A stretch of 64,000 bases of DNA, from positions 124,001-188,000 of the IMG/VR virus record IMGVR_UViG_3300023199_000204; one strand, given 5' to 3'. The translations under genes and the position numbers were made by a program. Every line of letters begins with the position of its first letter. The stretch's first letter is position 1. The notes below the pieces were generated by a model. It saw only the letters and a list, made by a program, of their open reading frames with translations, was not told where the DNA came from and made no database searches. This document shows, piece by piece, positions 33,936 through 42,193 of this stretch.

Positions 33936-34237
33936 AGTCCTAAATCCAAATGATTTATATCAACTAACAAAAAAAAAACAAGCGGCTCCTCAATATTGAA
34001 GAGGCTTGGGTGGGTGAATATTGTTCAACACTCTTCCTGAAAACAAATCACTTTCGATTCTTTGTTGATCTAAATAAAATAAATCCTAGCAAAATTAGAT
34101 GCCGGCTGTCTATTTATAATGATAAAATCACCATAGGAAATATTGTTAATTATAAAATTGTTGAGCACTTTCTAAAATATCCCTTCAATATTGAAGAACT
34201 TAAATCTTTCAAAGATATTGTTGAAAAATATAAATGA
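33925..34237 (+). pseudogene. KIKVLNP-family ORF, apparently frameshifted in an A-run (or sequencing error)
   Basis: MKIKVLNPNDLYQL start; C-terminus in another frame resembles 33343/33621 (ELKSFKDI vs KLNDFKEI). Confidence 0.5.
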
Positions 34238-34239
34238 TC

Positions 34240-34750
34240 CAGCCTCTCAAAACTTTCCTCTCCAGTATATAATCCCCCTCCGTAACGTCTCGAATTTATT
34301 AAGCTTTTTAAACCAATATATTCCCCTCCTAACTTCCCAATATTATTCAATAAATTAACCCACCAAATTAATACAAATAGCTAAATTCCAGCCTCTCAAA
34401 AAAATCAACCAAGCCGGGCTATAAGAATGTGATAAATATCTGTTTTTATTGTTGCTGATCATATAAGTAAATCTAATATAAACCATAAGCATAAAAGCAT
34501 TTCTCTCCTCCCTATCTCTCTTATATCTAATAACTCATAACCTCATTGCCACATATACATTAAGCTATATCTTACCCCTATTCTCTTCCTTTCCCCTAAC
34601 CTATACATATATATACATTATTAATCTTAAGAGCCACTTCTTACTTCTATCTTACTCCTTTCTCTATATATTAAACTTAATCTTAAGCTGTATGTTAAAC
34701 TTAATAGCTACATCTTACCCCTCCTATCCCTTTACATATATATACATAAA
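34240..34750. other. G-depleted non-coding junction, candidate genome end or origin
   Basis: 8 G in 240 nt at 34501-34740; TACATATATATACAT direct repeat at 34604 and 34733. Confidence 0.5.
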
Positions 34751-35210
34751 TTTACCGAACGGGGTGCCCCGGAGCCTCAACTTCAAAAGTTTCCCGCCTG
34801 GGTCCGTACTACATCACCCTACGTGTAAGATAATATCCTACATATAAATAACTCCCTGAAATTATTGATGAAAATATTTTTCCGTTTGAAAAACAATGGA
34901 TCGACGATTATATTAGGTTGAAAGCGGCAAGCTGTGTCGGCATGGCGCAGCAAGGGTGAGCAGGCACAGGGGGCGAGTGGGTGATACACACCTGAGCCCC
35001 CGCAAGAGACCCGAAGGGTCTCTGCTCCCCAAAAAACACAGTGCTGGGCGTTTGATTTATCCAGCACGACGCTTTTAGAAGGTTGAGAGCGTCGGCGTCT
35101 GCGTGGTGTAGGCGTCGTAATCCTGGCGGGATTTCCCGCCGCATACGGAACGGGGCCGGCTTAGGCATAAAGCCCCAAAAGATAGCGGGTAAAACCGCAA
35201 GGAGACTATC

Positions 35211-35720
35211 ATGAGTAAGTTCAGCATTTTCTTGGGAAGGGGAACGCAGATCAGCATCGCGAATACGAAGCTGCGCGAGAGCGTCGTCAGGGCAGCGGAG
35301 GAGCGCAACGTGGGGGAGGAGAAGCTCAAGGCGCAGCTGGATAAGCTGTGCAGCCCGGAGGATCGCGCGGAGTGCCAGTCCGTGTTGGAGGGAGGTGGGT
35401 CCGTGACCACGAGCCTCTACGATCTCAACGACCTTACCCCGGAAGTGCGCAAGAAGGCCGTGGCCTTCTTGCGCCAGCTGGCCAAGCAGGCGGGCAGCAA
35501 GGTTCGCGAAGTGCGGTTCACCGTGACGGCACCGAAGTCCGGAAAAGTCGTAGGTAAGTCGTCCGGCCTCAAGGGCATTCTCAACGCGCCGGTGACCATC
35601 ATGGGCGCCGAGCTTGAGCGCGCTGGCGCCAGCAAGTCGGACGGGCCGAGCGCCTTTGACTCGGCCATCGCCTCGATCCTCGGGTCCGAGGACACCGACA
35701 GCGAGACCGCCGACGCCTAG
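35211..35720 (+). CDS. GC-rich hypothetical protein, first gene after the junction
   Basis: AAGGAG RBS, strong G/C third positions, hairpin after stop. Confidence 0.85.
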   Translation: MSKFSIFLGRGTQISIANTKLRESVVRAAEERNVGEEKLKAQLDKLCSPEDRAECQSVLEGGGSVTTSLYDLNDLTPEVRKKAVAFLRQLAKQAGSKVREVRFTVTAPKSGKVVGKSSGLKGILNAPVTIMGAELERAGASKSDGPSAFDSAIASILGSEDTDSETADA

Positions 35721-36616
35721 ACTCTTCGGGGGCGCAAGCCCCCGACATTCCTACCTTTTTAAAGGGGCGGTCCCATTAACTTGGGGTCGCCCCTTTTCCC
35801 ATTCGAGCGCTAAATGCGTTTCTGCGTGTTCGAGCAAGGGATCGCCCACTGCTACGTCCCTAGACTTGTCTATGTGGGGGCGTATCAAATCTCGACATGT
35901 GCGGACGCATCCGCACCGTTCGACGATTACTGGCTGGTTCGCTAAGTCGACTCAGTCACACCTTTTGCCCGCTTTCCTTAATGGTTTGCGGGCTTTAGGT
36001 GTTCGAAGGGTTTTCTCCCTTCGAACGCAGATCTTAAACTTGCTTTGATGTTTCTTGGGAATAATCTCCCAGAAAGCATCATAACCAGCGTTGCGGTCGT
36101 CACGGCAGCAAAAGCAGGCAAGGGACAGTATGATGCCGCGATTCATCTCGTGGCTAAGTCTCTGGTTTTCCCCGACCACAACTCTTGGGGGAATGAGTGG
36201 AGTACTGCCTTCACTCACGCAACATTGGAGCTAGACTCCAATGATCACGGCAGGTTCTACCGCTAGCTAAGGTTCTTTTTGTTTCTTGGGCACCATAGGT
36301 GCCCTTTAAGCATTCGAGGAGACTTTCTCCAAAAAACAAAAGGGTTTATATCTCTACTTGACTTTAAAACGAGGGTAGGGTTCGTGAACCTAGGAAACTG
36401 TAAGCCTAATTACAGTGGGCGGGGGGCCTCACATTTCATAGTTATTTTTTTGAAAAGGTTCGTGTTAATTCTGGGAGCTATGGCTCCCTATAAGCATTCG
36501 AAAACCCACAAACAAGGAAGCTCCCAGTAGATGAGTTGAAGCGACTACTTAACTCTTAATGTTAATGTTTAGAGGGCACCATAGGTGCCCTTTAGGTATT
36601 CGAGAAAGGTAAAGCA

Positions 36617-36763
36617 ATGACCACTTTTATCACGGGCTTTCTGGTTGTGGGGATTGTATTCATTCAGAACCCAGCGAAATACTTTGATGTATGCGCTGGA
36701 TTCTTTGTGGGTTTGGTTTTCACTTTGATTATGGTTTTGGTTTTTGGAAACCAAAACCGATAA
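36617..36763 (+). CDS. Small membrane protein, 48 aa
   Basis: Read manually; two hydrophobic stretches; lies between two hairpin elements. Confidence 0.6.
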   Translation: MTTFITGFLVVGIVFIQNPAKYFDVCAGFFVGLVFTLIMVLVFGNQNR

Positions 36764-36860
36764 TTTTTTTCTGAAATTTTTTTTTGGAAAAGGGCGTATT
36801 AATCCTTCCAAGGGTTCACGCCCTATAGGTGTTCGAAAACACACAAACAAAGGAGCTATT

Positions 36861-37160
36861 ATGCTCACTCGGAAAGAGAAAGAAGAACTGTTGCGAAGGA
36901 TCCTAACCTTTCGCAAGGGCAAAGTGAACCTTCGGACGCAACGACCGAAAGGTCAGGATCAAGAATCACTGCGTGCGTACTTCGTGTGGCGCATGGCGAG
37001 ATTCCATGGTGGAGAAGATCTGAGCATGCCGATTCAGGCACTTCAGGTCATTGGAGATGACGAAGCGCTCCCCGACTTGAAGGAGATGGCCGACAAGCTG
37101 GCGAAGCGTTTCTTTGGGAGTGACATGCGAGCCGTCAATCGGTTCGAGGGTCTCTTCTAG
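36861..37160 (+). CDS. Hypothetical protein, paralog of 49629-49949
   Basis: AAGGAG RBS; shares MLT...RKG...YFVWR. Confidence 0.8.
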   Translation: MLTRKEKEELLRRILTFRKGKVNLRTQRPKGQDQESLRAYFVWRMARFHGGEDLSMPIQALQVIGDDEALPDLKEMADKLAKRFFGSDMRAVNRFEGLF

Positions 37161-37212
37161 GGGAGACATATACATCGGCAAAACACTTTAAGGGCACTTC
37201 GGTGCCCTTTAG

Positions 37213-37786
37213 GTGTTCGACAATACACAAGCAAAGGTGGCTATAGTGGTTGTCATCCGTCACGAAATTATCAACACCTTAAAGGGAGACTTTGAGGTTT
37301 TCTCGGGAAAGAATCCCGAGCAAGTGGCCTGGATTCTCTCTTACGTTAAGAGAGAGTTTAAGGGGCGACTGTTTCCAGCAACTCCTGGAAATCCTGACGG
37401 CATCGTCAGGAATGACCAGGGCGAGGAAATCGGCCTCTATACCTATGAGGCTCCTCCGTTTCGGCCTCGCAACTCCACGTGGCTATATGTGGAAATTCGG
37501 CTGTGAGCCATAGAGCCTTTACAGGTTTATATACTTTTGCCCACTTTCCTTAATGGTTTGTGAGCTTTAGGTGTTCGAAACCTCATAGTCAAGGAGAGTT
37601 GAAATGACTCAGAACCTGTATCAAATGACTCGTCGCCTCCATCGCAAAAGCCCGCAGCAGCTAAGGGCGTTGCTAAACAAGCTGGCGGTCATCGGTGCGA
37701 CCACGAAGACCAACGTCTCCGGCTACATGAGGGACGTGAGCCACATGATGGCTTGGAAACAAGTGGAGGGGCCGCACAAGCGATAG
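37213..37786 (+). other. Two small hypothetical ORFs (37213-37506, 37604-37786)
   Basis: One ORF per inter-hairpin interval; start of the first is uncertain. Confidence 0.6.
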
Positions 37787-38148
37787 GTCTGCGGGACTTA
37801 AACAAAACACTCACAGGCGCGCGGGATTATTTCCTTAGCGCCTTTGGGTGTTCGAAGAGCAGAGCCGGTTGGTCCCTGGTTCGAATCCTACTTCTCGGCT
37901 TCGAGGAAAAAAAGTTTGAGAAGTATGACTTCGGAATATAAACTTCTTTGATAAAAGGGTCTTCGGACCCTTTAGGTATTCGAAGGGCGTAAAGCTTAAT
38001 TGTTTAACTTGACAACTTAGCTTAACTACTTAACAATTTAATATCTTAATCTTACACCCTTCCTCTTAACTTAATGTTTCTTTTGCCAGTTGAAACTGGC
38101 AGCTAACCTCAACCCAGAGCAAGAATGCTCCAAACCAAGGAAAAAACA

Positions 38149-38511
38149 ATGAGCACGACCACGAACAAAATCATCGAGCAGGCGAAGTCGGCAATAGTGA
38201 ATGGTACGAAGATCGGCGCCAGCGTCAATCTCGGTCGTCAAATCACCAAGCTGGTTCGCGATTTCGCGGGAGCACACTACCCCGAGGCTTTCAACAGCCC
38301 GCTGTTCAAACAGGTGGAGCCGCTTCTGGTGGCTTTCATCGTCCAGGCTGCGACCACGGCATATCCGAATGTGCCGGGAGCGCAGAAGGCGAACAAGGTC
38401 GCTGGACTGGCAATGGTCGGTGAGGCTGCCCTTCTGACCCAGGAGCTGATGTCCAAGGTGGATGTGAGCACGCTGTTCCAGCGAGTGGCTGCTCTCGCTC
38501 CAACGGAGTAA
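38149..38511 (+). CDS. GC-rich hypothetical protein
   Basis: AAGGA RBS, high GC3. Confidence 0.8.
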   Translation: MSTTTNKIIEQAKSAIVNGTKIGASVNLGRQITKLVRDFAGAHYPEAFNSPLFKQVEPLLVAFIVQAATTAYPNVPGAQKANKVAGLAMVGEAALLTQELMSKVDVSTLFQRVAALAPTE

Positions 38512-38522
38512 GCAGGTATAAG

Positions 38523-38558
38523 GCTTCAACGGGGCCGCGGCTCGATGGCCGCGGTGAT
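38523..38558 (-). CRISPR. Solitary 36-nt CRISPR-repeat-like unit, type I-G (I-U)-like; no array
   Basis: Minus strand ATCACCGCGGCCATCGAGCCGCGGCCCCGTTGAAGC: 7-bp stem and TTGAAGC 3' end. Confidence 0.55.
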
Positions 38559-38636
38559 GCTTGTACCTTTCGAGAAACCGCCAGTGCGGTAGGCAGGTAT
38601 AAGAAACAAAAAAAACAACAAACAAAAGGAACTGCT

Positions 38637-39227
38637 ATGTTGAAACTAGGTTTTTCGGAGCTTGTGATTCACAAACGCTTTAACAAGGTCCTTCTCAACA
38701 AACTCAAGAAGTCAGAATACGAGTTCGGTCTTACGGGCTCGTACTTCTTCGGGACCTATCGCCCTGATAGTGACCTTGATCTCTTCGCCAAGGACTCGAA
38801 TGAAGTTCGTAGATTCCTCTACGAATGTAATTTTAATATCGAGTGGGAGGTGAATGGGTATGGGGACAAAAATACTGTCTTATTGTTAAGGCATCACTCC
38901 AATCCTCACATCGATGTTCAGTTGGTGCGGGACACCGCTGCCAAAAAGGATGTGGAGGAGAGGATCAAAAAGGAAACGGGTTGTTGGATCCTCACTCCCC
39001 AATGTGGTGAGACCAAGACCTCTATTTGCTTCAAAAAGCGGCGTGCTACTTTGTATGATATGCTGTATGGGCTGTATGTTTCGGGACACCCCGATTCGCC
39101 TCTTGCGCAGCATATCACAAATCGTTCAGACGTGCTGAACAAGAAGTTGGGTTTGGGTTCGGCACCCAGCGTCGCAGGGAGCAAGAAGGAAACACCAGCA
39201 CTCAAGGGATGGCCTTTCACGTCCTAA
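38637..39227 (+). CDS. Nucleotidyltransferase (pol-beta superfamily, MNT-like)
   Basis: LTGSYFFG...DSDLDL and third Asp in HIDVQ. Confidence 0.8.
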   Translation: MLKLGFSELVIHKRFNKVLLNKLKKSEYEFGLTGSYFFGTYRPDSDLDLFAKDSNEVRRFLYECNFNIEWEVNGYGDKNTVLLLRHHSNPHIDVQLVRDTAAKKDVEERIKKETGCWILTPQCGETKTSICFKKRRATLYDMLYGLYVSGHPDSPLAQHITNRSDVLNKKLGLGSAPSVAGSKKETPALKGWPFTS

Positions 39228-39249
39228 AAACAGGAGATAAAACCATTTT

Positions 39250-39322
39250 GGGCCCATAGCTCAGCGGTTAGAGCGTCGCTCTCATAAAGCGGGGGTCCCT
39301 GGTTCGAATCCAGGTGGGCCCA
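39250..39322 (+). tRNA. tRNA with CAT anticodon (elongator Met or Ile2); no encoded CCA
   Basis: Full cloverleaf, GGGCCCA/TGGGCCC, loop CTCATAA, GGTTCGAATCC. Confidence 0.95.
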
Positions 39323-39572
39323 AAGCAACAATTAATAAAAATAACGAAAGGAGCCAAACAATGCGATAATCTAATATTATTGAAGGAAAACATATATAGT
39401 GTCCTGGGGCTGCCCAACTTTAATAGGTTGGGCAGCCCTTTAGGCATTCGTGAACTTGGCGATATAGGTTAACTTGGTACGCGACAAGAGAATTGCGAAT
39501 TGCGAATTGCGAATTGCTAAGGATCATGGGGAAATTTCCTGGGGGTTTTCCCTGGGACGAAAGGACAGAATC

Positions 39573-39878
39573 ATGAAGACCATGAAGACCATCAGCAAAG
39601 ACATGATCAAAGAGTTGCAGGTCGGCGACGCCGTACTGGTCCTGACCAGCACGGCGCATTACTGGACAGGGAGGATCGTCTCTCTGTCCATGACAGAGAT
39701 CGCCCTCGACGAGGCGGCCTGGATCTCGCAGGTGGGCCGCCACAGCGACTGCGTCGCACGAGGAGACCTGAGTGGGGCTGAGATCGAGCCCCACGCTGAC
39801 GGGCAGATTACCAGGCTGCCTCGGATCGGCAGCGTGGTAGTGGACTGGATCCACGCGTTGCCGCGCGAGCAGCGCTAA
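39573..39878 (+). CDS. GC-rich hypothetical protein (Sm/SH3-like beta protein typical upstream of Ser/Gly-repeat phage genes)
   Basis: HYWTGRI...LDEAAWI...EIEP; AAGGA RBS. Confidence 0.75.
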   Translation: MKTMKTISKDMIKELQVGDAVLVLTSTAHYWTGRIVSLSMTEIALDEAAWISQVGRHSDCVARGDLSGAEIEPHADGQITRLPRIGSVVVDWIHALPREQR

Positions 39879-40270
39879 TGGACGATCTCGCAGGGGAGCT
39901 CGAGCAGCTGATGCGCGCTGGAGACGAGCGCGTGCTCACGGACTACATCGCCGAGCACGCGCTCGAGTGGCTGTGGCTGCCGGCGCCGACCCTTCCGCTG
40001 ATAGCGTGGTCTGGGCGGCTGTCGGGGTCGCGGTCGCGGTCGAGGTCGTGGTCGTGGTCGCTGTCGGGGTTGCGGTCGCGGTCGAGGTCGTGGTCGCTGT
40101 CGGGGTTGCGGTCGCGGTCGAGGTCGAGGTCGCGGTCGCGGTCGAGGTCGTGGTCGGGGTCGGGGTTGCGGTCGCGGTCGAGGTCGTGGTCGAGGTCGTG
40201 GTCGGGGCCGAGGCCGAGGTCGAGGTCGCGGTCGCGGTCGAGGTCGTGGTCGGGGTCGGGCTGGCTCTGA
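39878..40270 (+). CDS. Low-complexity (Ser-Arg/Trp/Gly)n protein
   Basis: TAATG coupling to upstream gene; C-terminal 80 aa of SR/SW/SG dipeptides. Confidence 0.75.
   Translation: MDDLAGELEQLMRAGDERVLTDYIAEHALEWLWLPAPTLPLIAWSGRLSGSRSRSRSWSWSLSGLRSRSRSWSLSGLRSRSRSRSRSRSRSWSGSGLRSRSRSWSRSWSGPRPRSRSRSRSRSWSGSGWL
40022..40261 (+). repeat. Tandem hexamer repeat, mostly TCG-NGG, about 40 units
   Basis: tcgcgg/tcgagg/tcgtgg/tcgggg seen directly. Confidence 0.95.
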
Positions 40271-40343
40271 CGTCGCGCGTGCCGGTATAGATACGATAGG
40301 AGGGGTTATGATTACTTTCGTATTTTTCTGACGGAGGTGAATC

Positions 40344-40478
40344 ATGCGCAAGACTCATAAAAAGATTGGTCCTGGCGGAGTGAAGTGTCCTTGCTGTAAT
40401 CCTTATGGTAAGGACATTAAGAAAAAGCTTAATCGTTGGGAGCGACGCAAGGTAAAACAAGAGCTTAAAACTTATTAG
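40344..40478 (+). CDS. Small basic protein, 44 aa, GPGGVKCPCC motif
   Basis: Read manually; GGAGGTG RBS. Confidence 0.75.
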   Translation: MRKTHKKIGPGGVKCPCCNPYGKDIKKKLNRWERRKVKQELKTY

Positions 40479-40503
40479 CTTATGGGGTGCTGTGAGAGTT
40501 TGG

Positions 40504-40706
40504 AAATGCTGGGAGGTAGGCTTAGAAGCAGCCAGCGGTGTTGAGCAAACCGCATACCTTTAAAGAGTAGCTCATACCCACTCTAGGTGAGTTTGACCGT
40601 GAAGGCTCGCGGAAACCTTGCCGGAGTTTAGGAGTCGGTCTAGAACGACTTTTAATGAAAACCAGGGTTGAGAAAATGCTTTTGGCGTAATAGCACACCA
40701 GTATTT
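40504..40706 (+). ncRNA. Candidate ncRNA mimicking the 23S rRNA L11-binding GTPase-associated centre (H43-H44) with two insertions
   Basis: Collinear blocks GCTGGGAGGTAGGCTTAGAAGCAGCCA / CCTTTAAAGAGT / GCGTAATAGCACACCAGT closed by 9-bp helix 40504-40512:40698-40706. Confidence 0.85.
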
Positions 40707-41150
40707 ATTGGAGTAAAAATCCTAAAGGTCGTTGGTCTTTCTCAAGACTACGACCTTTAGGCATTCGAGGACACTTTAGCGCGTATGGTTGGAAGGTTGG
40801 TATATACATTTAAGTGTTTGACTGTGTTGTGGAGCACCCCCCCCAATGAGATAAGGGACTTCAAGTTCTTTTCCTAAGTGTGTGGGACCGAAAGGTCAAA
40901 AACTAACACAGCGAGATCGGCGGAAGTATCACACGACTCCGCGCGGATCTCCATTTGGCGATAAAAAATAACAGAATAAGGATAAGCCCGGATACTTAAT
41001 TGTATTCGGGCTTTAGGTATTCGAGGAGCTTGTCTCCTAGAAATTGTTAGACCTTGTGAAGACCGCGGGGCGCCACTTCCCCCGGCCGGCAGACACGCCG
41101 GTGTTCTTCCGGCGGAAGAAATAGCGGTTAGCCGCTGAAAGGAAAGGTAC

Positions 41151-41891
41151 ATGCGACTCTCAATCAAGATGTCCAACATCGACGCGCTGTGCGAGGAGCT
41201 ATTGAAGCTCCCAGCCGGTGCACTCTTTCGCCACAACGACGCCGGTGACCTGCCCGCCGCAGGTCGCAGGCAGAAGTTTTTCTTCACTAACCGCGGGCAA
41301 GCCAAGACGGGATACTCGTACCGGACGCGCACGAGTCGCGGTAGTTGCCCGCGGTCGTGCCGTCTCTTCGATATCTGCTACGCTAGCGTTAATCCTCTCC
41401 GATGGTACTGGCAGCAACTCGGACGTTGGTACAAGCGCGGCGCGGAGTATCTCGATCACCGTACCGTGATCAAGCTCGCCAAGGCGGCTTCGCACCTGAC
41501 GGGTTGGACCTACACGCATTGGGACTGGAAGCGCTACTTGCGCACGTTCCTGCGCGGCAACGAGCTCGGGTTCACGATCAACGCGTCGACCGAGAGCCCC
41601 GAAGAGGCACTCGAGGCGTTCCGCGCAGGTCTGCCGGTCACACTCGTCGCTCCGCCCTTCGTGCGCAAGAAGATCATGCTCGAGGACGTGCCCGCCATCC
41701 CTTGTCCCGCGCTCCTGCAAAAGGGCTTCACATGCGACATGTGCGGCAAGGGTTCACCTCTGTGCGCCCGAGCCGACAGGCACTACATCATCCTGTTCCC
41801 CGCGCACGGCGCCAGAGCCCGAGCCGTGTGGAATCGCATCGCGAAGTTCTGGACGGACTTTCTGCCCGAAATGGAGGACGCCTGTGCCTAG
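41151..41891 (+). CDS. GC-rich Cys-rich phage protein (DUF7227/Gp88-like)
   Basis: RHNDAGDL, CPRSC...CYA, WTYTH, GFTINAS, CPA...CDMC...C, FPAHG. Confidence 0.65.
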   Translation: MRLSIKMSNIDALCEELLKLPAGALFRHNDAGDLPAAGRRQKFFFTNRGQAKTGYSYRTRTSRGSCPRSCRLFDICYASVNPLRWYWQQLGRWYKRGAEYLDHRTVIKLAKAASHLTGWTYTHWDWKRYLRTFLRGNELGFTINASTESPEEALEAFRAGLPVTLVAPPFVRKKIMLEDVPAIPCPALLQKGFTCDMCGKGSPLCARADRHYIILFPAHGARARAVWNRIAKFWTDFLPEMEDACA

Positions 41892-42193
41892 AAGAGACGA
41901 CGATGTGGGCTGGGCGGCCATCTAGAGTCTCACCTAAGTCGACGGGTGAAAAAAAATACCGTCCATACAAATCCGACTCATATGTTTCGCCCAAGTTCAA
42001 GTCGCACACTCACACTATGGGGGACATACCATAGGGCTACTGGCTTGCTATAAAGGAAACTAAGACGCTCGCGAGCGCATCTTTCCTTTACAGCAGCCAG
42101 TGGCCTTTTGGTGTTTCGACTGCCTTGGGCAAATGCGCGATAACGCGCGCGATATAGGGTTAAAGAAGTTTTAAATCATCATTATTCGAATAT

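Noticed and set aside
38009-38037. TTGACA sigma-70 promoter
   Set aside because: No acceptable -10 box at 16-18 nt.
39875-40460. Minus-strand (RP)n and Thr-rich ORFs and the Val-rich alternative frame
   Set aside because: Shadow frames of the hexamer repeat; only the Ser-X frame is translationally coupled to the upstream gene.
40504-40706. A real or contaminating 23S rRNA gene
   Set aside because: Only the 58-nt domain matches, it is split by insertions, and the flanks are phage-like.
34819-42034. Other overlapping or antisense ORFs in GC-rich segments (e.g. 35614, 38071, 41199, 41402)
   Set aside because: Expected stop scarcity in GC-rich DNA; no RBS or motifs.
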